Shown here: positions 32,601-40,455 of the stretch, one piece after another
Layout: each line of letters begins with the position of its first letter
How positions within the stretch are numbered: position 1 is the first letter of the stretch
From: a virus
DNA length: 64,000 nucleotides
IMG/VR virus record: IMGVR_UViG_3300049491_000350
Span: 18,751 to 82,750 of that record
Direction: 5' to 3' (one strand)
Translations under genes and position numbers: made by a program
Notes under the pieces: generated by a model
Told to the model about the DNA's origin: nothing
What the model saw: only the letters and a program-made list of their open reading frames with translations
Database searches by the model: none

Positions 32601-35600
32601 CATTTAAAAAACTGCAACAGGTAATAGACAAGCTGATAAACAAAGCTGACTATTATAATAAACTTACTGATGCAAGGAAAGCCCAGAGAGAAGCAAAGCG
32701 TATAGTTAAGAGCGGCGTGGTTACACAGAATGACATAGCTGTTATTAAAGAACTAACTGGCATGAATGTGTCTGACGTAACTGATTTGGATAAGTACCTA
32801 AGCATACTGAAAGACTTTAACGACAGCAGGGTTGTAAAGACTTCGCCTATTCGCCAGTACACTAACGATGCTATATCTGATTTCATTACAACAGAAAAAG
32901 ACGCACAGCTTGGCAATTACAGGCAGGAGATAAAAGACGAAATGGATGACCTTAAATCATCTCTCGATTATACTGTTGCATCTCAAACAGTTTCCATTAC
33001 TGCGCCAGATGGAGTTGATATTGAAAAAGAAATAAACGGCATTATCGCTTCCAATGAAATGTCTTTTGGTGAAAAGAGAAAAGCGATTGGCGAAATTGAC
33101 AATGCTGTTGCTGGCCTGTCATCAAAAATAAGTGAGACCCTTGACGGCATCAATACAGATGCCATTGTATTTGACGATATAAGGAACTCTGCTGACGATA
33201 CAACCTCTCCACAACACGAAGGGCTGATTACTGCGCTTGAAGATGTGATGGCTGCACAGCAGGCTATAATTGATTTAGACGACACTTCCCTGACAGATGA
33301 ACAACGGTATAAATTAAAAGTATTGAAAGATGTGGTGCTTGACGGCATGGATGCAAATGAGCTTCGTTTGTTTTCCAATGTTCTTAATAATTACATTGAC
33401 AACAATGACGATAGCGGATTTGATTATATCGAATCAATTTATCTGGCACAGGAGAGCGTAAGGGAAATGACAGACTACATGCTGGATAACCATATTGTTT
33501 TAAAGGACAACGCATACGATGGAAAGGTGCTGGGTAAAACATTTGAATCGCTGTCAAGCGTGGAGCAGGTGTTCCTTCACATAGCAAACTCTGGTGCAGT
33601 GTTCACATCAAAGTTATTTAATTGGGCTGGCGTAAACAAGTTTCAACAGCAGGCGCAAAAAGCGTACAATCATTATCGTGAACAATTTCAAACACCACTT
33701 GAGGAGATATTGAACAGGAACAAAAAGGAAATGGATATACATGCCAATACCCGGATGCAGGTGTTCAGCATATTAAACCAGTCTATTCAAAATTCCAGCT
33801 TATTGGAAAAGAATAAAGAGTTGCTGAAAAGGATTGATGAAATGTATTCTGATATTGGCATAAAGCGTCAGGGCAATAATCAGGAAAAGGCCGAAGCTGA
33901 AATAGAATACGCACAAGTTGAATCCCTTCGCTTGCTTGTTGCAGACAGGGCAGGTATTGATTGGGCAGATGCAGACCAGCGCAAGCTGCTTACTAAAGAA
34001 ATCTTTGATAATTCAACTGGCGAATATTTAGACCCAGCAGAGAAAGAGGTGTACGCACTGGTTCAGAAATTCTATGGCGATACCAAGCAGACATTCCAGC
34101 AGACAATGAACGGATTACTGAATGAGAAGTTTGAGGCTTGGGATAATTACAGCCCTGATTCATTCAGGAATCTTAATGGCGGCGTAGTTGCAGTGGATGA
34201 GAACTCATGGAAGGGTTCAGCATTTGCTGCTCAACAGAACGGGTACACGCTTACTGGCGGAGCAACAAACCAGCGTGTCAAGGGAAACAGGGTGCGGCTT
34301 GCAAAGGTTGGCGATAACCAGAGGGTGTTCAGGATGGATTATCTTGGCCTCAATGGTAAGAACATAATGTCTATGCTGCATGACGTGTACACTGCTAAAG
34401 AGCGCATGGTTATGTATAACGTATTGAAGTCAGAGGACTTCATCAAAAACGTTGGAACATCGAACCATGAGACGATGAAGAAAACAATTACTCGCCACGT
34501 AAACAATGAGGTTGGATTACAGAAGCTGGAACAGGATGCGGTTAGTAAGAATATAAGGGCTGTTGCAAATGAAGTTGGGCAACTTGCCACCAAGCGTCAG
34601 CTATATTCATTCTCTGCATTCGTTAAGCAAAGCATATCCGCATACTCAAATACGGCAGTGTACATGGCATTGAACGGCAGCATGGATTCTTTTCTTGAAG
34701 GTGTACGTGCTGCGGCAAATGACTTGGATGCAAATGAATTGCTGCATGGCCAGCAGGTAGGAAGGAGGGGAGAGACAAAGGCAGGCCTCAATATCTTTAA
34801 TGATTTCAATAAAGAGAAAGAGCTTGCAGCGCAGGATAAAGATAAATCTGTTTTCAAAAAATACTACGACAAGGTGGTGCATGGTGAAAACAAATACACT
34901 GGCGAAAGGGCAAAGCGTATGGGGTACTTCATTGAGAAGGGCGATGTGGTTGCCGCCAGAGGTTCTTGGCTTGCCTATTACGCACAACACCTTGTTAAGA
35001 ATGGCGTGGTTACAAACGCTTCTGATATTGATTGGGCTAACGAGAACCAGAACCCTAATCAGGAGGCTGTGTCATACGCACAGATAATGACCAGTAATGC
35101 AATGAACGTAAATGCAAACTCATCACGCAGCGAATTTCAGCAAAGCACTTCTGGTGGTCTGGTGTTTGTTAAGGCGATGCTTGCTGCATTCAGTTCATTC
35201 CAATTTAATAAAAGCGTCAGCCTGTTCAACAACTTGCGCTCCCTATCTAAAGGAAGCTATGCCACTATTCTTGATTCTAATGGGCAGGAGCAAATCATTA
35301 AGGCATCGGAAGAACAGCGCAAAGATGAAATCAATACATCTTACAAAACATTACTGGCATCGCTATCCGAAGAAATGATTTTCAATGCAGCGAAGCTGGG
35401 CATAGGGTACACGCTGTATAAAACAATTCCATTCCTGCTTGGCTCACTGTTTGGAGGAGACGATGATGAAACAAAAAAGAGAAAGAAAATAATCAGCCAA
35501 GAAGGGGAGCAATCTTATTGGGATAACGCAGGCATTAAATGGTGGACAAATGTATTCAATGGGTTTGCGTTATCAATAATACCAGACATCGCACAGAAGC

Positions 35601-36211
35601 AATTGAACTCCGGGGTTAACGAAATCGCTAAGGCTTCTGGCGGAGATAAAATATTTTACGAACCGAAACAAAAAAGCGGACAGTCATCACTAATGGGTTC
35701 ATTTCAGGCAGCAGCACAAGATGTGCCAGAGGACGTATCGAGGCTGTACGAATATTTATTTAAGCACACAGCCAGCGATGGAAGCCCTGTTACTGTGTCA
35801 AGCAAAGACAAAGGGATGGCATTGCTGGGCTTATTGAGCGATGGTGCAGGCTTTACTGGATATGGAGACGCAGACCTTAACAGGGTGCTACATGCCCACA
35901 TCAAACAGGCGCAGGTAGATAACGATGCAAATTTCAAGAAGCCTTATACTATCCTTATGAACGACCCGGACAAGGGGCGTGTGGTAACAGTGAACAAAGA
36001 GAAGATAGAATTGACTGATGACCAGACCGATTTCTTTAATGATAAAAGGAAGGAGTATTTTGACAAGATGCCTAAGACTGTCATAGACGCAATGGATAAA
36101 AACGAGACCGTTAAGCAACGAATGAATACAGCCGCCACTACGTTTGCGAAAGCTGCAACCATGCTCAAGTATGGGGAGCAGATACGGGAAGCCATAAAGA
36201 AAGCGAAGTAA
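26699..36211 (+). CDS. Giant internal virion / polyvalent protein (3170 aa) with zincin-like motifs
   Basis: Duplicated N-terminal DFMKS.GVEGLP unit, Gly/Ala-rich hydrophobic segment, VHDFFGH...GEENAW motif, HELIH (HExxH)...QELITYGMTNP, long coiled coils. Confidence 0.7.
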   Translation: MDEKLQSIYDFMKSQGVEGLPEFQQFKTDFAANPETQRSTLDFMKSKGVEGLPDIGQFSNDIGVKKKDGGTDLSNGDSMEGTQKDTATSGSEESGSNTFDFYKAIDPMGFMRGGLELDYDGVKIPVTSFDIPQPPDSRPYPERLGQFDTGEYNKAFVGEIQNYLTDDKYIGSPERQKAQEYVQNIRLKNAYRNDAFSFSDVSMAEAQRFADRYGVELGTELNGDYFQKVKALKDKVNADTKEQYTEHRVQGRSDLPYEVFNDNGYKNDADNNTINNLFERLSSKMADRGTADDAKDVVVQYADQRTIFEKGMDYASPVYGAASSAVNNALLFGSKKIDANFITGLNQRKLADPVEYARIAKQIANGEPVASNDYFRLTNVGLSINNSDNLEGLSTGKQTIEDFISNHRGIMQQSSDLLLNTKDVLKSAIADELGSRLDEKAEKESLLGNNVTGSYMYSDEEINAALPAALQSIGVNKDDPRVVDAINSIKGDEGWMVGMNGVKKGGLVRELFKGAAQPFRGIAAWGDSFGKPLSQEYNEAKNQQLSTYTEQRPESMKGTVLNTLSDAVYGLGQFASQAGLAYAGGEIVGGIGALAGGVGEAGAAAATETAAARGALSGLDAAAESIAADAVSAGSKIGNYLLRNREAISTFATGYLQSYDSNLKTTLQMTEDDASAKLGAQFLAAMEGASELILPDVKLGREIIGGFKKEAIPGLLKNISENILKKGVDKNAWAKVGEYAGKRLLSAAATTGQEIAEEEITQLANYATNVVLNPKQAGNRDLGDELFKTAVSTAVSMSIPAFLRSGGGNHNTGLDNNKAALVLASANLTTIQDYINTAVSKGMMNPDEASAKMQIVNTAHSIASQMPANKNDGTKMNITERAEYLYSRTKEAALADAITKTTDDVLKERYKKEIAEEQALRKGLIEKTETRFDGKYLSDKERNIFVNKQSELARIDTRLAENPDDKTLVRQRNSLRSDIYRIRDGNYFGAVNNISRRMGVQYNGMERDEYNRVVEPAANNAGRFSTFNIKDGDEIVLPNNEKMTVVSADENRIVMDDGSGKNDLIFDGKSEFENVFIPTFFSGNKQFAQLNPTIHAQAVQFRKKLLNEPNADVHNIAVNYVRNNGIANDIDTRPVTSLNEKESADRAKRFEQVVHAPKEKATIDSYEALKKETLAQWNAITDAGYNLELWSGKGEPYSSSKAMTDDVRENKHLWILPTLNEFGSNEDFDASENPLLEKTGMVASGMELTYNDVFRGVHDFFGHAHIGNQFGAIGEENAWRSHSQMYSPLARKAMTMETRMQNSWVNFSGENVAALNLFKEAATLEKQSKDKSGNIIDRDKYEQSIALKKEAQLKFKFADQKVAVASDEDVQMRGAYDNVQEGLDQPSSITQYKKGETVSLADLQNEWPVTNEGMVDMFQWGKSQDVQIGFRAMRQTDGIAFYNPLSDEIYFNVSHPEFKSLTVADTQEFLAHELIHKAAHYSFENNPELAGEFNKDAGKVIAFLKQQDITKLDATTQKYISFMLEDNADPQELITYGMTNPYIAQWFASLEYNASEQGQKSGSVWQWMKEKILRFVSNIVKGKSVLDETARLLDKYVKFGLQTRMSEREQLHSQILEQLNNSTVPDTMKIGIRSAPAEDVINFIYEQATNTTNADGQLYSGREALEQQFGKELVDRVVDYKQREISAPLAANKPLEGKPERLDNESAFDYAKRVREWYNKARQDKELDSKDRRKAQVESIEERDYLAHIRDGVALLKINAGISIEDFNKQLNIPADNLETYIASLQQLTEDKEDAAANKNAKAVLDALRQQYPERVTMTEVELLRKQYNAYNNGYRKAMNTARKNLSKATKEFNENYKLLKAYKNAERQQMAADLKGKSAAERNELIKKKNEERRQKVLALKDKMEQAKKDYEQKVADIKDRNKYFRDKVADILTDLYKSGALKGVTFTEQELLQLAATAGNVYTNKTFKKLQQVIDKLINKADYYNKLTDARKAQREAKRIVKSGVVTQNDIAVIKELTGMNVSDVTDLDKYLSILKDFNDSRVVKTSPIRQYTNDAISDFITTEKDAQLGNYRQEIKDEMDDLKSSLDYTVASQTVSITAPDGVDIEKEINGIIASNEMSFGEKRKAIGEIDNAVAGLSSKISETLDGINTDAIVFDDIRNSADDTTSPQHEGLITALEDVMAAQQAIIDLDDTSLTDEQRYKLKVLKDVVLDGMDANELRLFSNVLNNYIDNNDDSGFDYIESIYLAQESVREMTDYMLDNHIVLKDNAYDGKVLGKTFESLSSVEQVFLHIANSGAVFTSKLFNWAGVNKFQQQAQKAYNHYREQFQTPLEEILNRNKKEMDIHANTRMQVFSILNQSIQNSSLLEKNKELLKRIDEMYSDIGIKRQGNNQEKAEAEIEYAQVESLRLLVADRAGIDWADADQRKLLTKEIFDNSTGEYLDPAEKEVYALVQKFYGDTKQTFQQTMNGLLNEKFEAWDNYSPDSFRNLNGGVVAVDENSWKGSAFAAQQNGYTLTGGATNQRVKGNRVRLAKVGDNQRVFRMDYLGLNGKNIMSMLHDVYTAKERMVMYNVLKSEDFIKNVGTSNHETMKKTITRHVNNEVGLQKLEQDAVSKNIRAVANEVGQLATKRQLYSFSAFVKQSISAYSNTAVYMALNGSMDSFLEGVRAAANDLDANELLHGQQVGRRGETKAGLNIFNDFNKEKELAAQDKDKSVFKKYYDKVVHGENKYTGERAKRMGYFIEKGDVVAARGSWLAYYAQHLVKNGVVTNASDIDWANENQNPNQEAVSYAQIMTSNAMNVNANSSRSEFQQSTSGGLVFVKAMLAAFSSFQFNKSVSLFNNLRSLSKGSYATILDSNGQEQIIKASEEQRKDEINTSYKTLLASLSEEMIFNAAKLGIGYTLYKTIPFLLGSLFGGDDDETKKRKKIISQEGEQSYWDNAGIKWWTNVFNGFALSIIPDIAQKQLNSGVNEIAKASGGDKIFYEPKQKSGQSSLMGSFQAAAQDVPEDVSRLYEYLFKHTASDGSPVTVSSKDKGMALLGLLSDGAGFTGYGDADLNRVLHAHIKQAQVDNDANFKKPYTILMNDPDKGRVVTVNKEKIELTDDQTDFFNDKRKEYFDKMPKTVIDAMDKNETVKQRMNTAATTFAKAATMLKYGEQIREAIKKAK

Positions 36212-36241
36212 ATTATAAATGAAATCATTTATAATTCCGAG

Positions 36242-36278
36242 AAGCCTGCTTGTATTAACTACGGCAGGCTTTTATTTT
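36242..36278 (+). terminator. Intrinsic terminator
   Basis: aagcctgc/gcaggctt stem followed by tttatttt. Confidence 0.7.
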
Positions 36279-36301
36279 GCATTAAAATAAAATATTTTAT
36301 T

Positions 36302-36775
36302 ATGGCAGACATTACAAAAGGGGCGAAGATATTGGGTATCGCCTCAAAAGAAGTTGGATATACTGAAATCCCTGCTAACACTAACAAGACAAAATACGGA
36401 AAGTGGTTTGGCTTTGATGGTGTTGCATGGTGCGGCATATTCGTTAGCTGGTGTTATTTCATGGCTGGATTCCCGTTGCCTAATATCGGGTTTTCAAAAG
36501 GCTATGCAGGATGCCAGACTGCGGTTGCTTTCTTTAGAAAGAAAGGCTGGATTGTAACAGACCCACAGGAGGGCGACATTGTTTTCTTTGACTGGAATAA
36601 CGATGGCAGGTATGACCACACAGGATTGTTTAAAAAACGACTGGATGAAAGCCATTTCTCAACCTACGAAGGCAACACTTCCTTGACTAACCAGAGCAAT
36701 GGCGGTCAGGTCATGGAAAGAAAAAGAACGTTTGGCGCAGGCGTGGTATTTGTCCGCATACCTAATTCAAAATAA
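36302..36775 (+). CDS. CHAP-domain endolysin/peptidoglycan hydrolase
   Basis: AWCGIFVSW (catalytic Cys), GDIVFFDW...DHTG (His), EGNT. Confidence 0.9.
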   Translation: MADITKGAKILGIASKEVGYTEIPANTNKTKYGKWFGFDGVAWCGIFVSWCYFMAGFPLPNIGFSKGYAGCQTAVAFFRKKGWIVTDPQEGDIVFFDWNNDGRYDHTGLFKKRLDESHFSTYEGNTSLTNQSNGGQVMERKRTFGAGVVFVRIPNSK

Positions 36776-36788
36776 TCCCTTTAAATAA

Positions 36789-37091
36789 ATGGCAATGAAA
36801 CTGAAAACATTTGAGTACACGATTCTTGACGGAGAATTACTGCCATGTTCTAAAGAGATTGTAATAGACCTTGATAAAACAGATATAGTAGGCATCAGGA
36901 AAGGGAGCGTATTGAGCGGCGTTCAGTACATAGAAAAGACTGCACTGTTTATTGTGTTCAATGACCATTCATACGGCAACGAAGCAATTAATACCTCTGA
37001 CTTTATTGACACATCAAACCAATGCTGCGGTGCTAAAGATGCAGGGTCTCAAGATTTTGACGACACCGACTTTAATGACGATTTTAATTAA
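36789..37091 (+). CDS. Hypothetical protein with acidic DF-repeat tail
   Basis: 100-aa ORF ending DFDDTDFNDDFN. Confidence 0.55.
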   Translation: MAMKLKTFEYTILDGELLPCSKEIVIDLDKTDIVGIRKGSVLSGVQYIEKTALFIVFNDHSYGNEAINTSDFIDTSNQCCGAKDAGSQDFDDTDFNDDFN

Positions 37092-37113
37092 CGAATTAAC
37101 AAACAAAAAAACG

Positions 37114-38280
37114 ATGAAACAGATTCTAATTGCAACACTTATTTTAACAAGCGTATTTTCTTTTGGGCAAACCCCAACGGCTACACTAAATGATGCAAAG
37201 ACTTATATCAATGCTAATATAAAAAGCAATGGGCTTAACAGTATCACTGGCGCAAAGCTCAATACAGCTATGACTAAGTTGAGCAACGCTGTAATGGGTA
37301 CTGTTGATTCTCTTGGTACGGAGGTTAAAGCTGTTGGCATAGACGTTAGCTCTATATCCTCAACTGTTAGTACGCATACGGGGCAGATTTCAACTATCAA
37401 CGGACAAATCTCTACAATCAATTCTTCAATAGCATCACTTATTCCACTGCCATCGCAGTCCGGGCAGAGCGGAAAGTACCTTTCAACTGATGGAAGTAAT
37501 TTGAGTTGGCAGGCTGCAAGTGGCGGCGTTCCATACACAGGAGCGACAGGCGATGTGAATTTAGGCAGCAATAATTTTACTGCCGCAATTGGAACTTTTA
37601 ATAATTTCATCAACACTTCCGGCGGCATTATCGTAGGAAATAACTTTAATATAATCCCTGACGGAGGAGGGCTTATGAGATGGGCAACTGGCAGTGGTGC
37701 TATAGTTCAAAATTTTAGTGGGGTTGGCTTCCCTACAAAAACAGTTACATGGCAAAACCAAAGCGGTACGGTTGCGGTAGTAGGAACAACAGTAAATACA
37801 TTCCTTAATACTCCTACCAGTGCGAATCTATTAGCTGCGCTTACGACAAAGACAGGAACAGGCAACGCTGTGTTCGGTACGCTTCCAACTCTTGCAGGCT
37901 TCAATACTCCGCAGGCAGGAACAACGGCAACTGATGGATGGAATTTGGGTACAGGGCAAGCAATATTTAGAAGCACCGCTACAGCTATTACTATTACAGG
38001 CTCAAAACTGATGTTTGATTTTACAAATACAACGGCAGGTACTACTGGCAATCAAACAATTAATAAGCCAAGCGGCAGTGTAAATATTGCTACTGGCGGT
38101 TCTTCTATAACTGTTACTAATAGCTTAGTTAATGCTGCATCAAAAGTGTTCGCAACTATTGCAACCACAGGCATGACAATTTCGGTGGCAAGCATTTCTA
38201 AAAATTCAGGTTCTTTTACAGTTACCCTGACAGGGGTAACGAGTTCGGAGACTATCATTGATTTTTTTGTCATCAATTAA
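37114..38280 (+). CDS. Tail-fibre-like protein with N-terminal Sec signal peptide
   Basis: Start MKQILIATLILTSVFSFG|Q; fibre motifs PSQSGQSGKYLSTDGSNLSW, VPYTGATGDVNLG, TPTSANLLAAL, TTGNQTINKPSG. Confidence 0.65.
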   Translation: MKQILIATLILTSVFSFGQTPTATLNDAKTYINANIKSNGLNSITGAKLNTAMTKLSNAVMGTVDSLGTEVKAVGIDVSSISSTVSTHTGQISTINGQISTINSSIASLIPLPSQSGQSGKYLSTDGSNLSWQAASGGVPYTGATGDVNLGSNNFTAAIGTFNNFINTSGGIIVGNNFNIIPDGGGLMRWATGSGAIVQNFSGVGFPTKTVTWQNQSGTVAVVGTTVNTFLNTPTSANLLAALTTKTGTGNAVFGTLPTLAGFNTPQAGTTATDGWNLGTGQAIFRSTATAITITGSKLMFDFTNTTAGTTGNQTINKPSGSVNIATGGSSITVTNSLVNAASKVFATIATTGMTISVASISKNSGSFTVTLTGVTSSETIIDFFVIN

Positions 38281-38308
38281 AATATTTTAAAATTTAAACA
38301 AACGCAAA

Positions 38309-39022
38309 ATGAAAACAGTAAAGTTTCAACAGACAACAGTTATCACCGACAATGAAACAGGTGAAGAAATTTCAAGAGATGTAGTTGAGCGTTGCTATGA
38401 CGTTCATGTTCAAATGAACAAGGCTAATACAATGCCTTACGCCAAACTTGTATCCATTGCCTGCAACAATGCTGGTGAAGGAGGCGGCAATAACAATGAG
38501 CCACCAAATGACAATGGCGGCGGCAACAACAACCCTCCTCCTGATGCACCATTGCCAGCCATAGAGCTTGCTTATGAGTTTGTGCTTGACCCGGCATGTG
38601 ATTACACAAACAGGTTTCCAAATTTAAGGGTGGGCAATGCTATCCCAATCAGCAATGCTTCTGGCAACGGACTTGAGTGGACACCAGATGGCAGGTACAC
38701 AGGTTTATTAAGTGCTGGTGCGACAGAAAATACAACAGACCAAGAAGGCCTGACTGGTACTAAAACAATCGAGAGGGTTGACGACCCTAACGCTTATGTT
38801 GCTGTTTTGATGTCGCCAAAAAGGTTTGTTAACCAGTACGACCCGAATGCTTTGGACGGCCGCACACCTGTTGGGAATGCTGATTACAGGCCTGTTGAAA
38901 TACTCGAAGATGGCGTGTTGGCAACAGACTGGACTTATATAGAGGAAGGTAACAATGTTGTTTACTGGAAAAAATTTCCTAATGACATTGTTAGCATCCC
39001 ATCATTAACATTCAATGTTTAA
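38309..39022 (+). CDS. Hypothetical (probable structural) protein
   Basis: 237 aa with a G/N/P linker, between fibre-like genes. Confidence 0.55.
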   Translation: MKTVKFQQTTVITDNETGEEISRDVVERCYDVHVQMNKANTMPYAKLVSIACNNAGEGGGNNNEPPNDNGGGNNNPPPDAPLPAIELAYEFVLDPACDYTNRFPNLRVGNAIPISNASGNGLEWTPDGRYTGLLSAGATENTTDQEGLTGTKTIERVDDPNAYVAVLMSPKRFVNQYDPNALDGRTPVGNADYRPVEILEDGVLATDWTYIEEGNNVVYWKKFPNDIVSIPSLTFNV

Positions 39023-39028
39023 TTGATT

Positions 39029-40420
39029 ATGAAAAAGTTAAAATGTTTTATTTCAGCAGTGCTGCTCTTATTGAGCAGCACCTGCTTTTCACAAACTCCA
39101 ACGGAGCTTATTGATTCGATGGAACGGCAGGTGAATAACGACATCGTATTTAATACCACTGGTGCAATTACATCTGCCAAAGTAAACCTTGCCTTTGCAA
39201 ATGTCGCAAGGGCATTAAGGGCTTTAAGGGATACCAGTAACGGCGTAACCTATCCTATTGGCGTGGATGAAAACGGCGACCTGTTTATATATCAAAGCTG
39301 GGTTGATAGCCTCTTTGCTGATGCGAACCCGGCAACTAACACAGGCATTGTACAGTTCTCTGGTTTGTATCTTGGCAACGATACTTTGTACGCTAATATG
39401 GCCTCGCCATTGATATACAAAATTAATGGCAGCACATTCATCCGTTCAACAGAATGGAACACGGTTGTAACCGGGGCATCCCCAAGCCATTACAGGACAG
39501 ATATTATTTACATCAATGCGCTTGAGGAAATAGTTTACGAGGCTGGCGTAGAGAATACTGATGCTGGGCTTGCGGTTGCGCCTACACCGCCATCTGATGT
39601 CGTAGTGCTTGGTTACATGAGTGTGTTTGAGGAATCGCTGCTTGTTATTCCTGTTCCCCCATTGTACCAGCGAAATGGAGTTTTGTATGTTGATGGCAAT
39701 GCTAATGTTGTAACAGACAGTACAGATTTTACTTATCAAAACACCTCTACATTTTCTGACTTAGAGATAGGAAAGAAATTTGCTTTTTCAAATCAGACAA
39801 GGTTTGGGTTGCATGGCGGAAGGGCAAAGATAATTGGCTCTGCATTTGGGATGCAGATAAATGTTGGTAGCGGAGAGAGTGGTGTGCCAGACCCATCGAA
39901 GCATATTGTATTTGGCAACAGGGGTACAGTCTTTGGTGAATTTGGTTGCTCTGTTAACGCAGCACCATTTTATAACTGGTTCAAGTTAACAGATACTGCC
40001 ACCGTTTTTGCTTTAAAGAAAAAAGATGTTGTTACAGACTTGGCAACAGCAGATGCGGTGTGGCACAATGATACTTTAAAGTCAAGGCCAATAACCTATC
40101 ACAAATGGGTAGGGCTTGTATCGCAGACAGGTACTGCTGACCCGGTAGCTATCACTTTAGAGAATACATTCCCGGCAGGCTTTGAGCCGCAATGGCATAG
40201 GGTAGGGCTGGGCAATTACGATGCAACAAACCTGTCAGGAGTAGCAGCTAAGAGGGTGGTATTTGTATCGCCGCTTGAATCAGGCAATCGTGTGTCTGTT
40301 TACAATCAGGTAAACAATAAGGTAATATTCTCTACGTGGACAGAGGCAAGCAGCTACGCAACAACGTGGTCTGACGGGCTGCTTACCAATTGGAGCGTAA
40401 CCATAATACAATACTTCTAA
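39029..40420 (+). CDS. Tail-fibre-like protein with signal peptide
   Basis: MKKLKCFISAVLLLLSSTCFS|Q; N-terminal NDIVFNTTGAITSAKVN resembles the 37114 N-terminus; C-terminal WVGLVSQTGTADP..ITLENT. Confidence 0.6.
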   Translation: MKKLKCFISAVLLLLSSTCFSQTPTELIDSMERQVNNDIVFNTTGAITSAKVNLAFANVARALRALRDTSNGVTYPIGVDENGDLFIYQSWVDSLFADANPATNTGIVQFSGLYLGNDTLYANMASPLIYKINGSTFIRSTEWNTVVTGASPSHYRTDIIYINALEEIVYEAGVENTDAGLAVAPTPPSDVVVLGYMSVFEESLLVIPVPPLYQRNGVLYVDGNANVVTDSTDFTYQNTSTFSDLEIGKKFAFSNQTRFGLHGGRAKIIGSAFGMQINVGSGESGVPDPSKHIVFGNRGTVFGEFGCSVNAAPFYNWFKLTDTATVFALKKKDVVTDLATADAVWHNDTLKSRPITYHKWVGLVSQTGTADPVAITLENTFPAGFEPQWHRVGLGNYDATNLSGVAAKRVVFVSPLESGNRVSVYNQVNNKVIFSTWTEASSYATTWSDGLLTNWSVTIIQYF

Positions 40421-40455
40421 AATATTTTATAATCAAACAAAAAAGGAGAATTTTT

